Position numbers and translations under genes: made by a program. Under the pieces are notes generated by a model. It was not told the origin of the DNA, ran no database searches, and saw only the letters and a list, made by a program, of their open reading frames with translations. A stretch of DNA of 64,000 nucleotides from Halobacteriales archaeon (GTDB taxonomy: Archaea; Halobacteriota; Halobacteria; Halobacteriales; SKSH01): contig JBKGZP010000001.1 in the NCBI GenBank assembly GCA_046543335.1, positions 12,234-76,233 on the forward strand, given 5' to 3'. Position 1 is the stretch's first letter. Each line of letters opens with the position of its first letter. Below are positions 29,553 to 39,225 of the stretch, in pieces.

Positions 29553-31747
29553 ACGCCATCGCGAAGATCGCCGACCCTCGACCGGATCTGATCCGCGTCC
29601 TCCACGTCGACGACGACGCGGCGTTCACGGCGCTCTCCAGCGAGGTGCTCGGTCGCATCGACGACCGGTTCCTCATCGACTCCGCGACCCGCGTGGACGA
29701 GGCGCTCGCCATGCTGGAGGATGGGACGTTCGACTGCGTGGTCTCAGACTACGACATGCCAGGTCGCAACGGGGTCGAGTTCCTGGAGGTTGTCCGAGCC
29801 CGGCACGCGGACCTTCCCTTCATCCTCTTCACCGGCAAAGGCTCCGAATCGGTCGCCAGTGAAGCCATCTCCGCGGGCGTGACGGACTACCTGCAAAAGG
29901 AGCGTGGGCTGGACCAGTTCGCCATCCTCGCCAACCGGGTCACGAACGCCATCGACCACCACCACTCGTCGCGGATCGTCCGGCGGAGCGAGCGGGGGCT
30001 GCGTCGCATCGTCGACGCGCTCCCGCACCTGTTGTTCGTCGCCGACGGGCACGGCACTCTCCGGATGGTGAATCAACCCCTGGCCGCCCTGTTCGGGGTA
30101 CCGGTCGACGAGCTCGAGGGGACCAAGCTCGCGGCCCTGGTCGGAGACGATCTCGCGCGTCCGTTGCTGGCGGACATCCAGGCCGTCATCGAATCCGAAG
30201 AGGGCCGGTGTCTGGACCGACTGGAGGTCGAAGCGGCCGACGGTCACATTCACCTCCTAGAACCCCGGCTTGAGCCGTACGACACCGAAGACGCGACGGG
30301 GGCCGTCCTCGGTATCGCGATCGACGTCACCGAGGACGATCGACGTGCGCGCAATCACGAGCGCACCCGCGAGCGGATGGAGTTGGCCCTCGAGGCGACC
30401 GGCTCGATCATCTTCGAGCTCGATCTCCAAACCGGTGATGTGGTCCGGTACGGCGATCTCGAGGGGAATCTCCACCTGGTTGCGGAGGAGGTGCCGACGT
30501 TGGCCGACTACCTGGAGCGCGCCATCCACCCCGATGACCGCGACGCCGTTCGGGAACACTTCGAACGCCTCCAATCGGGCGATCTCGAGGCGGTGACCCT
30601 ACGGTACCGAACGATGCCCGCTGAGGGTGTCGTCCGCTGGGTGAGTGCGAACGTCACCGTGCGGCACGACGAGCGCGGCGAACCCCGCTGGGCCGTGGGG
30701 ATCGCCCGGGACGTCACCGAGGCCGAACGGCACGAACGTGAGTTGGCGGAGACCCGCGAGCGGTTCCGGAAGATCCTCGCGTACTCGTCCGACTTCGTCA
30801 TGATCGTCGACGAGGACCAGACGGTGAGCTACGTCTCGCCCTCGGTCGAACACGTGATGGGCTACACCCCCGCCGAGATCCACGGAACCGATGCCATGGC
30901 GTTCTCCCATCCGGACGACCTGGAGGACGCCATGGCGGCGTTCGGAGGACTGCTCACGGAGCCCGAGGCGGAGGCCCGCCTCGAGGAGCGCTCTCGAACG
31001 GCCGACGGCGAGTGGCGCTGGGTCGAAGTCCGCGGGCGGAACTACCTCGACGATCCGCACATCGGTGGGTTGCTGGTCAACGTCCGCGACATCGACGAGC
31101 GCAAGCGACGCGAGACCGAACTCGCCCGACAGAACGATCGGCTCGAACAGTTCGCGAGCGTCGTCTCCCACGACCTTCGAAACCCGCTGAACGTGGCCAC
31201 CGGACGCCTCTCGATGGCCCGAGAGGCCGCCGACACCGATGACCTCGCCGCCGTCGATGGCGCCCTCGATCGGATGGCCGCGCTCATCGACGACCTGCTG
31301 GTGCTGGCCCGGCAGGGCCGACACGTCGGCCAGCGGGCGACGGTGACGCTCGGGACGGTGGCCGAGCGCTGCTGGCGGAACGTGGAGACGGCCGACGCGA
31401 GCCTCGTCGTCGAGGCGGACGTCGACATCTCGGCCGATCGGAGTCGGCTCCAACAGCTGCTCGAGAATCTCATGCGGAACGCGGTCGAGCACGCAGGTCC
31501 GTCAGCGATGGTGACGATCGGTGCCCTCGAGGACGGCTTCTTCGTCGAGGACGACGGTCCCGGCATCCCATCTGCGGAACGAGCCGACGTCTTCGAGCCA
31601 GGGTACACTACGTCGGACACGGGGACGGGCTTCGGCCTGGCCATCGTGCGGGAGATCGCCGAGGCCCACGGGTGGACGGTCGCCGCGACGGAGGGGCGCA
31701 CCGGCGGGGCCCGCTTCGAGTTCACGGGGATCGACGCGGTCCGATAG
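29549..31747 (+). CDS. Hybrid sensor kinase REC-PAS(x3)-HisKA-HATPase
   Basis: VLHVDDD, VSDYDMP, HPDD PAS motifs, VSHDLRNPL, NAVEH, DDGPGI, GTGFGL. Confidence 0.93.
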   Translation: MNAIAKIADPRPDLIRVLHVDDDAAFTALSSEVLGRIDDRFLIDSATRVDEALAMLEDGTFDCVVSDYDMPGRNGVEFLEVVRARHADLPFILFTGKGSESVASEAISAGVTDYLQKERGLDQFAILANRVTNAIDHHHSSRIVRRSERGLRRIVDALPHLLFVADGHGTLRMVNQPLAALFGVPVDELEGTKLAALVGDDLARPLLADIQAVIESEEGRCLDRLEVEAADGHIHLLEPRLEPYDTEDATGAVLGIAIDVTEDDRRARNHERTRERMELALEATGSIIFELDLQTGDVVRYGDLEGNLHLVAEEVPTLADYLERAIHPDDRDAVREHFERLQSGDLEAVTLRYRTMPAEGVVRWVSANVTVRHDERGEPRWAVGIARDVTEAERHERELAETRERFRKILAYSSDFVMIVDEDQTVSYVSPSVEHVMGYTPAEIHGTDAMAFSHPDDLEDAMAAFGGLLTEPEAEARLEERSRTADGEWRWVEVRGRNYLDDPHIGGLLVNVRDIDERKRRETELARQNDRLEQFASVVSHDLRNPLNVATGRLSMAREAADTDDLAAVDGALDRMAALIDDLLVLARQGRHVGQRATVTLGTVAERCWRNVETADASLVVEADVDISADRSRLQQLLENLMRNAVEHAGPSAMVTIGALEDGFFVEDDGPGIPSAERADVFEPGYTTSDTGTGFGLAIVREIAEAHGWTVAATEGRTGGARFEFTGIDAVR

Positions 31748-31783
31748 ACGGGTGGTCGGTTCTCAGGCCGCGACGGAGACCAC

Positions 31784-31814
31784 CCCAATTGATATTCGGT
31801 CGCTTTCAATTGGG
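31784..31814. promoter_or_regulatory. Inverted repeat upstream of fhs (candidate operator)
   Basis: CCCAATTGA-N13-TCAATTGGG ending 8 nt before the ATG at 31823. Confidence 0.55.
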
Positions 31815-31822
31815 AACTTGAT

Positions 31823-33538
31823 ATGACATCGCCCGACGACGAGGAATCCATGTCGACAGATTACGAGATTGCGAAGTCCATCGAGCCGAAGCCGATCTGG
31901 GAGGTCACCGAGCCGTTCGGCCTCGGGCGCGACGACCTTGAGCTCTACGGCGACGCCAAGGCGAAGCTCACGACCGACGCGGTGGAGCGGTTGCTCGAGG
32001 CCGAGGCCGAGGGCAAGCTCGTCCTGGTGACCGGGATGACGCCGACACCGCTCGGCGAGGGCAAGACGGTCACCACGGTCGGCCTCGGACAGGCGTTCAA
32101 CCAGCTCGACCGACAGACGATGATCTGCATCCGTGAGCCCTCCCTCGGACCGGTCTTCGGCATCAAGGGCGGCGCCGCCGGCGGCGGCTGGTCGCAGGTG
32201 CTGCCGATGGAGGACATCAACCTCCACTTCACGGGTGACATCCACGCGCTGACCGCGGCGCACAACCTCATCTCGGCGATGCTCGACACCCACATCGCAA
32301 AGGGCAACGCGCTCGACGTCGACATCAACGAGATCGTCTGGAAGCGCTCGATAGACATGAACGACCGCGCGCTTCGCCAGACCGTGATCGGCCTCGGTGG
32401 ACGCACCGGCGGGACCCCACGCGAGGACGGCTTCTTGCTCACGGCCGCCTCCGAGCTGATGGCCGTGTTGTGCCTAGCCAGCGACCTCGAGGACCTGAAG
32501 GAGCGCATCTCGCGCATCATCGTCGCCTATGACTCCGTCGGCGAGCCGATCACCGCGGGCGACATCGAGGCCGCCGGTGCGGCGGCGATCCTGCTGCGCG
32601 ACGCGATTCGGCCGAACGTCGTCCAGACGATCGAGGGCACCCCCGCCTTCGTCCACGGCGGCCCCTTCGCCAACATCGCCCACGGGACGAACTCGCTCAT
32701 CGCCGACAAGCTGGCCGCCGGCATGGGCGAGTACGTCGTCACCGAGGCCGGCTTCGGCTCCGACCTCGGCGCCGAGAAGTTCATGAACGTGGTCTGTCGC
32801 TTCGGCGATATGGCACCCGACGCCGTCGTCCTCGTGGCGACCGTCCGGGCGCTCAAGTACCACGGCCTCGATATGTGGCCGGCCGACCAGGACGAGCTAG
32901 CCGAGCCCGACGTCGACGCGGTCCGCGCGGGCTTCGAGAACCTCGACAAGCACGTGACCAACCTCCAGAAGTTCGGCGTCCCGGTCGTGGTCGCCGTCAA
33001 CCGGTTCCCCCAGGACACGGACGAGGAGGTCGAGGCCGTCTTGGAGCACTGCCGCGATGACCTCGGCGTCCGGGCGGCCGAGTCGACCGTCTTCGGCGAC
33101 GGTGGCGAGGGTGGCATCGACCTGGCCGAGCGGGTCATCGACGCCGCAGAGTCCGACGAGGCCGACTTCGGCTTCCTCTACGACGCCGACGCGCCGATCA
33201 CGGAGAAGATCGAGACGATCGCGACGGAGATCTACGGCGCTGGCGAGGTCAAGTACGTCGGCAGCGCCGAGGACGACATCGCCAAGCTCGAGGAGATCGG
33301 CATGGGCGACACGCCGGTCGTGATGTCGAAGACGTTCCACTCCTTCACCGACGACTCCACGATCAAGGGCGCTCCCACGGGCTGGGAGCTCGAGGTCAAG
33401 GAGGTCTACCCGTCGGCGGGCGCCGGCTTCGTCGTCGCGCTCACCGGCGACGTGTTGACCCTCCCGGGGCTGCCCGCGCGCCCGGCGGCCGCTGACATGG
33501 ACATCGATCCGGACGGCACCATCTCCGGCCTCTTCTGA
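31823..33538 (+). CDS. fhs: Formate--tetrahydrofolate ligase
   Basis: TPTPLGEGKT, PVFGIKGGAAGGG, NLHFTGD, HGGPFANIAHG, TEAGFG.DLG.EKF; alternative start 31850. Confidence 0.97.
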   Translation: MTSPDDEESMSTDYEIAKSIEPKPIWEVTEPFGLGRDDLELYGDAKAKLTTDAVERLLEAEAEGKLVLVTGMTPTPLGEGKTVTTVGLGQAFNQLDRQTMICIREPSLGPVFGIKGGAAGGGWSQVLPMEDINLHFTGDIHALTAAHNLISAMLDTHIAKGNALDVDINEIVWKRSIDMNDRALRQTVIGLGGRTGGTPREDGFLLTAASELMAVLCLASDLEDLKERISRIIVAYDSVGEPITAGDIEAAGAAAILLRDAIRPNVVQTIEGTPAFVHGGPFANIAHGTNSLIADKLAAGMGEYVVTEAGFGSDLGAEKFMNVVCRFGDMAPDAVVLVATVRALKYHGLDMWPADQDELAEPDVDAVRAGFENLDKHVTNLQKFGVPVVVAVNRFPQDTDEEVEAVLEHCRDDLGVRAAESTVFGDGGEGGIDLAERVIDAAESDEADFGFLYDADAPITEKIETIATEIYGAGEVKYVGSAEDDIAKLEEIGMGDTPVVMSKTFHSFTDDSTIKGAPTGWELEVKEVYPSAGAGFVVALTGDVLTLPGLPARPAAADMDIDPDGTISGLF

Positions 33539-33584
33539 CCCGAATCGGATCGCACCGTACGCACTTTGATTAGCGAGTGGGTTC

Positions 33585-34079
33585 ATGGGCGGGACGATGG
33601 CCGTGGAACCCGTCGGCGAGGACGGCACCTACGCGCGCTACTTCACGTACCTCGACGCGCACCTCCAGTTCGTCGTCCACGACGGGGCCGTCGTCGAGGT
33701 CTCCTTCCCCGATCGTCCCGCGGGGGAGGCCGTCGAGCAGCACCGGCTGTTCGACCGCGTCGAGGACTACCTCGGCGGCACGGTCGCCGACGACTTCGAC
33801 GACGTACCGATCGCTCTCGACGTCCCGGACGATGTCCGCCAGGTCCTCGAGGTGGTGCGCGAGATCCCCTACGGGACCGCCGTTTCGGTCGCCGAGTTAC
33901 AGCGGGAGATCGAGGGGCTCGACCCCGAGTCCGACGACGACGAGGAGTTCATCCGCGAGGCACTGGATCGCAACCCGACGCCGCTGTTCGTGCCGGACCA
34001 TCGCGTCCGCGACGCGCCAAGCGGGGCCCCGCCGCCGATCGAGCAGCGCCTGCGCTCGCTCGAGCGCATCGTCACCTGA
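33585..34079 (+). CDS. MGMT/Ogt-fold protein lacking the catalytic Cys (ATL-like)
   Basis: IPYG..VS, NP.PL.VPDHRV in place of PCHRV. Confidence 0.8.
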   Translation: MGGTMAVEPVGEDGTYARYFTYLDAHLQFVVHDGAVVEVSFPDRPAGEAVEQHRLFDRVEDYLGGTVADDFDDVPIALDVPDDVRQVLEVVREIPYGTAVSVAELQREIEGLDPESDDDEEFIREALDRNPTPLFVPDHRVRDAPSGAPPPIEQRLRSLERIVT

Positions 34080-34085
34080 GCGAGC

Positions 34086-35048
34086 ATGACGGCGCCACCC
34101 GGACCTATTGCGCTCGCCCGCCTCCGGGCCGAGGGACCATCCGCCGTCCCCGCCGTGGTCGATCCCCTGTACGACCTGCTCGACTTCCTGCCGCCGTCGG
34201 CCGTGGACGCCCTCGTCGCCGCGGTCGTGGTGATCCTGTCGTGGGTCCTGGGTCGAGCCGTCGTGCGTTTCGCGGGTCGACCCGTCGCGCGTCGCTTCGA
34301 GCGCCCGAGCGTGACCCGGGCGGTGTTGCAGATCATCCGCGCCACCGTGGTCGCCGTCGGGCTGATGATCGCCGCCGCGCTCGTGGGATTCTCCCCCGGC
34401 GAGATCTTGCTATCGGTGACCGTCTTCTCGGCGGTCCTGGCCGTCGTGCTCGCCCCCGTCGTCCGTCGCTTCATCGGCGGCATGTTCGTCCTCGCCGACC
34501 AGCCCTACGAGATCGGCGACATGATCGAGATCGTGGACACCGGGATGCGCGGCTTCGTGGAGGACGTCACCCTTCGGTACACCAAGTTGTTCACCCTCGA
34601 CAACACGTTCATCGTGGTCGCCAACTCGAACATCCTCGAGCGCGACATCGTCAACTACTCCGCCGAGGACAAGCGGACCCGCCAGGAGGTCGAGCTCGTC
34701 GTCACCTACGAGGGCGAGCTGAACGCTGCCCGCCGGCGCATCGAGGCGGCCACCGCGTCGGTCGATGGCGTCATCGGCGGCGGACCGGCCATCCGCATCG
34801 GGAGCACCCGGTACCCCGCCGAGCCGGTGTGCCTCATCGACGCCTTCGGTGACCACGGCGTCCACCTTCGGCTCCGGTACTGGATCCGCGAGCCGTTCGT
34901 CCTCTACCGCGTGCGCTCGGACGTCTTGGAGTCGGTCTTCGCGGCCGTCGAGGACACCGAGGTGGAGATCGCGTATCCGCACAGCCACCTGGTCTTCGAC
35001 GAGACGTCCGGCGAGCTCGACGTCGCCCTCAGAGACGACGGACCGTGA
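34086..35048 (+). CDS. Small-conductance mechanosensitive channel family protein
   Basis: PY.IGD.I, G.V.D.TLRYT, N.S, EIAYP. Confidence 0.88.
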   Translation: MTAPPGPIALARLRAEGPSAVPAVVDPLYDLLDFLPPSAVDALVAAVVVILSWVLGRAVVRFAGRPVARRFERPSVTRAVLQIIRATVVAVGLMIAAALVGFSPGEILLSVTVFSAVLAVVLAPVVRRFIGGMFVLADQPYEIGDMIEIVDTGMRGFVEDVTLRYTKLFTLDNTFIVVANSNILERDIVNYSAEDKRTRQEVELVVTYEGELNAARRRIEAATASVDGVIGGGPAIRIGSTRYPAEPVCLIDAFGDHGVHLRLRYWIREPFVLYRVRSDVLESVFAAVEDTEVEIAYPHSHLVFDETSGELDVALRDDGP

Positions 35049-35055
35049 GGGGCCG

Positions 35056-35460
35056 TCAAGGCGCCTCGACGATCACGAACTCGACGTCGACCTTGTCCTG
35101 GAGGTACTCGGCGACGTCCGGGTCGTCGACCAGCCGGTTGATCGCGCGCCGCCACCGCCCCAGCTGTTTGTGGCCGAGGACGACGACGTCTGCGTCCTCT
35201 GCGACGATCTCCTCGAGGATCTGGTCCTCGACGATGAACGCCCGGTCGACGTGGAAGCGGGCGTTCGGCAGGCGTCCGAACTCGGACTCGACGGCCGCCT
35301 TGAGCTCACGCCCGGTGACCTCTTCCCCGTAGTGGTAGAGGCTCACGTGGAGCACGACCAGCTCCGCCCCCCGGTCCTCGGCCACGTCGATCGCCTTCTC
35401 GAGGGTCCGCCTCGAGTGCTCGGTGAGCGGATAGCGGACGGGTACGAGGACAGTCGTCAT
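35056..35460 (-). CDS. Universal stress protein domain protein
   Basis: VLVPVRYPL, ADVVVLG. Confidence 0.8.
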   Translation of the reverse strand: MTTVLVPVRYPLTEHSRRTLEKAIDVAEDRGAELVVLHVSLYHYGEEVTGRELKAAVESEFGRLPNARFHVDRAFIVEDQILEEIVAEDADVVVLGHKQLGRWRRAINRLVDDPDVAEYLQDKVDVEFVIVEAP

Positions 35461-35545
35461 GTGTGGCGGCGGTCGGCCGGTTCGGGGGTGCGCCCCCGGC
35501 CGACTAAAGTTCCGCTGGTCCGTCCCCACTCGGGCATCGCCCGGG

Positions 35546-36148
35546 TCACGCCTCGTACGGTCGATCCCATCGCCCCGCGTGGACGACCTCCGCGAGGGGC
35601 TTGCGATCGCGCCGGTCGGCGGAGCTCACGACCTCGTCCTCGCCCGGCGGACCGATCGCCAGGGCGCCGATGGGATCGAACGCCTCGGGGACGTCGAACG
35701 TGGACCGCAGCGCCGTCCAGTCCTCCCGGGGAAGCCCGAACAACAGCGCCCCGAGGCCCTCCTCGACGGCCGCGAGCAGCATCAGCAACGCGGCCATGCC
35801 CGTGTCGACGTACCAGTACGGCACGGGCCAGCGGTCCTCGTCGCGGTCGGTCCAGCCCTTGTCAGGCTCGGCGTAGCGGTCGAGGTAGGCCTCCTTCGAG
35901 GCGAACGGCACGACCACCAGGGGCGCCCGCCGGACCGACTCGGGCTGCGGGTTGTGCTCGTTCGTCTCCCAAAACCGCGTCCGGTCGGCCTCGGCCTCGA
36001 GCACCAGGAACTCGAACCCCTGAGAGAACCCCGCCGAGGGGCCGGTGAGCCCGGCGCGAACGATTCGTTCGACCGTGTCGGCGGGGAGGGGCCCATCGCG
36101 AAACGCCCGCACCATGTGGCGTCGCTCGATGACCTCGTAGTACTCCAT
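35546..36148 (-). CDS. Nitroreductase family protein
   Basis: RRHMVRAF, PSAGFSQ, D.GMA...M.LAA...GLG. Confidence 0.88.
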   Translation of the reverse strand: MEYYEVIERRHMVRAFRDGPLPADTVERIVRAGLTGPSAGFSQGFEFLVLEAEADRTRFWETNEHNPQPESVRRAPLVVVPFASKEAYLDRYAEPDKGWTDRDEDRWPVPYWYVDTGMAALLMLLAAVEEGLGALLFGLPREDWTALRSTFDVPEAFDPIGALAIGPPGEDEVVSSADRRDRKPLAEVVHAGRWDRPYEA

Positions 36149-36191
36149 GGGGGCACGTTGCAGAGGGACACATTAGCGTTTGGGACCCCGG

Positions 36192-36767
36192 TCAGGCGGT
36201 CGACCGCGAGGTCTCGCCGAGGCGCCACAGGGCCCGCTGCAGGTCGACGAGGTCGACGCCGACGCGGTCGGCGTGCTCCCGGCAGATGCGGTGATAAGCG
36301 TCGTACGTGGCGACGTCGGGGGTGTCGGGGTACGGCCGGAGGACGAGGTGGGCCGCCTCAAGACCCGCCCACTCGCGCGGACCCATGACGACGTCCACCG
36401 TCGGCGCGAGGAAGAACAAGATCGCCGTCGCCTCCTCGAGGCCGACGCCCCGGAGGTCGGTCAGGTGGCCGAGGCGATCGGGCAGCGCCTCGGCGTCGAG
36501 CGCCGCCTCGACGGCCGGGAAGAGGATCGCCCCGGGGTTGTCCCTGAAGGCAGCCTCGACGCGCGCGCGACGCCCGCGGTGGCGGTCGTCGAGGTACCGG
36601 CGATGGTACCACCGGACGATCCACTCCAGGTCCCGCCAGAGCAACTCGCCGTCTCGTGCGGCACCCGGCAGCGTCTCGAGGCGCTCTCGCTCGACCATGG
36701 CGAACGGCTCCTCGCGCTCGTATGCCTCGACGAGCTCGGCCACGCGGTCCGCCGTGAGGTCGGTCAC
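36192..36767 (-). CDS. Hypothetical protein with a helix-hairpin-helix-like motif
   Basis: LTDLRGVGLEEATAILFF, DLQRALW. Confidence 0.7.
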   Translation of the reverse strand: MTDLTADRVAELVEAYEREEPFAMVERERLETLPGAARDGELLWRDLEWIVRWYHRRYLDDRHRGRRARVEAAFRDNPGAILFPAVEAALDAEALPDRLGHLTDLRGVGLEEATAILFFLAPTVDVVMGPREWAGLEAAHLVLRPYPDTPDVATYDAYHRICREHADRVGVDLVDLQRALWRLGETSRSTA

Positions 36768-36883
36768 GGCGGGTCATTCTCGCCGTCGACGCTTGAGCGT
36801 GCCGGGGGCCGTTCACCCCGTGTGTGAGAAAGATACATGCGCGTCCGGGACGAACTCCGTCCAGTCACGGACCTGACCCCACA

Positions 36884-38959
36884 ATGTCCACCGACCAAGA
36901 CGACCTCGTCAAGACGATCTGTCCGTACTGCGGCGTCGGCTGTGGCCTCCAGCTCGAGCCGGGGGACGAGCCGGGCGACGTCTCGATCAAGCCCTGGTTC
37001 GACGCGCCCGTCAACGAGGGGGCGCTTTGCATCAAGGGGGGCGCGTCGACCGAGGTGGTGAACCACGAGGAGCGCCTGACGGAGCCGCTCATCAGGGAGG
37101 ACGGCGAGTTTCGCGAGGCGACGTGGGACGAGGCGCTGTCGCGCGTGGTCGAGGAGATGGAGCGCATCCGCGACGCGTACGGGCCGGACGCGATGGGCTT
37201 CTTCGGCTCCTCGAAGGTGGTCAACGAGGAGAACTACCTCATCCAGAAGCTCGCGCGTCGATACGGGACGAACAACGTCGACAACTGCACCCGGATGTGC
37301 CACGCCTCGACGGTGTACACGCTGCGCCAGAGCCTCGGCGCGGGGGCGATGACGAACAGCATGCAGGACCTGATGGAGGCGGGCGACGTCTTCTGGATCC
37401 AGGGGGCGAACCCGGGCGAGCAGCACCCGATCGCGCACAGCAAGTACTTCCGCCAGGCCGCCCTCGACGACGCGACGATCATCCAGGTCGATCCACACGC
37501 GAACAAGACCACCCGCGACGCCGACATCCACCTCCAGCACAAACCCGGGACGGACATCCCGCTTTTGAACATCGTCATCAAGACCATCCTCGATGAGGGG
37601 CTGCACGACGAGGCGTTCATCGAGGAGCGCACCCGCGGGTTCGACCACCTGCAGGCGACCCTCGCCGACTTCGACATGCAGGAGGCCGCCGACATCTGCG
37701 GCCTGCCGCTCGAGGACATCCAGGAGGCCGCCCGGATCTACGCCGAGGCCGACAACGCCGCGATCTTCACCGGCATGGGGATGAGCCAGCACACCTGCGG
37801 CGTCGACAACGTCCAGAACGAGGTCAACCTCGCGCTCATCACCGGCAACCTCGGCCGCCCGGGTACCGGTGTCAACCCGCTTCGCGGCCAGAACAACGTC
37901 CAAGGCACCTGCGACGTGGGGGCCATGCCGAACGTCCTCCCGGGGTACATCAACGTCGACGACGACGCGGCGCGCACCGAGGTCGAGGCGGTCTGGGGCT
38001 TCGAGGTGCCGCCGGAGCCGGGGCTGACGAACGTCGAGATCTCGAACGCCATCGGCGAGCAGATCCACGGGCTGTACATCATGGGCGAGAACCCCGTGAT
38101 GAGCGAGCCCGACTCCCTCGAGGTCGAAAAGCGCATGGACGACCTCGAGTTCCTCCTGGTCCAGGACATCTTCATGACCGACACCGCCGAGTTCGCCGAC
38201 GTCATCCTGCCGGCGACCTCCTGGGCCGAACGCGGCGGGACGGTCACGAACACCGACCGACGCGTCCAGCTGATGCGCCCCGCGACGTCCGTGCCGGGCA
38301 ACACCCGCCACGACCTCGACATCCTGTGCGAGGTCGGCACGCGCCTGTTCGGCGAGGGCTTCGACTTCGACACCCCGGAGGACGTCTTCGAGGAGCTGCG
38401 CACGGTCGCGCCGATCTATCACGGGATCACGTACGACGGCCTCGGCCACGAGGGCATCCAGTGGCCGTGTTACGAGGTGGGCGACGAGGGCGACCAGTTC
38501 CTCTACGAGGACTCCTTCGACACGGATGACGGCCTCGGGGTCATCCGGGGCGTCCTCCACCAGGAACCCAAGGAGGTGCCCGACGAGGCGTACCCCCTCG
38601 TGCTCACCACGGGCCGCCTCGAGGAGCACTACAACACCGGCACGATGAGCACGCGGTCGCCGACGCTCCTGCGGCGCACCCCGGAGAACTTCGTCGACAT
38701 CCACCCGGCCGACGCCGAGGCGCGTGGCATCGAGGACGGCGACTACGTGAAGGTCGTCTCCCGCCGTGGCGCGATCGTCGTCGAGGCGAACGTCACCGAG
38801 GACATCAAGGCCGGCTCGATCTGGACGACCCCGCACTTCTCCGACGCCCGCGGCAACAACCTGACGAACAACGTGATGGATCCGCTCGCGAAGATCCCCG
38901 AGTACAAGGCCGCCGCGGCGGAGGTCCAGCCCGTCGACGGGGCGGTCGGCGACGACTGA
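36884..38959 (+). CDS. fdhA: Formate dehydrogenase alpha subunit (Mo/W-bisPGD, Cys ligand)
   Basis: CPYCGVGC..C [4Fe-4S], NCTRMCHAST, PLRGQNNVQG; no Tat signal. Confidence 0.93.
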   Translation: MSTDQDDLVKTICPYCGVGCGLQLEPGDEPGDVSIKPWFDAPVNEGALCIKGGASTEVVNHEERLTEPLIREDGEFREATWDEALSRVVEEMERIRDAYGPDAMGFFGSSKVVNEENYLIQKLARRYGTNNVDNCTRMCHASTVYTLRQSLGAGAMTNSMQDLMEAGDVFWIQGANPGEQHPIAHSKYFRQAALDDATIIQVDPHANKTTRDADIHLQHKPGTDIPLLNIVIKTILDEGLHDEAFIEERTRGFDHLQATLADFDMQEAADICGLPLEDIQEAARIYAEADNAAIFTGMGMSQHTCGVDNVQNEVNLALITGNLGRPGTGVNPLRGQNNVQGTCDVGAMPNVLPGYINVDDDAARTEVEAVWGFEVPPEPGLTNVEISNAIGEQIHGLYIMGENPVMSEPDSLEVEKRMDDLEFLLVQDIFMTDTAEFADVILPATSWAERGGTVTNTDRRVQLMRPATSVPGNTRHDLDILCEVGTRLFGEGFDFDTPEDVFEELRTVAPIYHGITYDGLGHEGIQWPCYEVGDEGDQFLYEDSFDTDDGLGVIRGVLHQEPKEVPDEAYPLVLTTGRLEEHYNTGTMSTRSPTLLRRTPENFVDIHPADAEARGIEDGDYVKVVSRRGAIVVEANVTEDIKAGSIWTTPHFSDARGNNLTNNVMDPLAKIPEYKAAAAEVQPVDGAVGDD

Positions 38960-39008
38960 GCCGTCACGCTATTGGTACCCCGCCGAGTCGACCCGGCCGA
39001 GTTCACCC

Positions 39009-39161
39009 ATGTCGAAACGCCTCGCGATCGTCGGGCTCGTCGGGATGGCCGTGTTCCTGCTCGCCACCCTCGCGCTGTTGGCCATGGGCGAGATGGTCTT
39101 CGCGGGGACCACGTTGATCCTGTTCAGCTTCTCGCTGTACCTGCGCGAGTCAAACAAGTGA
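39009..39161 (+). CDS. Small 2-TM membrane protein (50 aa)
   Basis: Manual translation MSKRLAIVGLVGMAVFLLATLALLAMGEMVFAGTTLILFSFSLYLRESNK; GC3-rich codons; not in ORF track. Confidence 0.7.
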   Translation: MSKRLAIVGLVGMAVFLLATLALLAMGEMVFAGTTLILFSFSLYLRESNK

Positions 39162-39225
39162 CCCGCCCGTCGTCGGCCCGCACACACTAAGGCGTTGGCC
39201 GTCGATGGGCCCCACAGAGCGCCCC

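Noticed and set aside
25659..31750. Horizontally acquired island
   Set aside because: Codon usage looks slightly more A/T by eye, but the genes are typical haloarchaeal families with no mobility genes or flanking repeats. A computed GC3 profile would be needed.
36884..38959. Selenocysteine in formate dehydrogenase
   Set aside because: The ligand codon is TGC (Cys, RMCH); there is no in-frame TGA.
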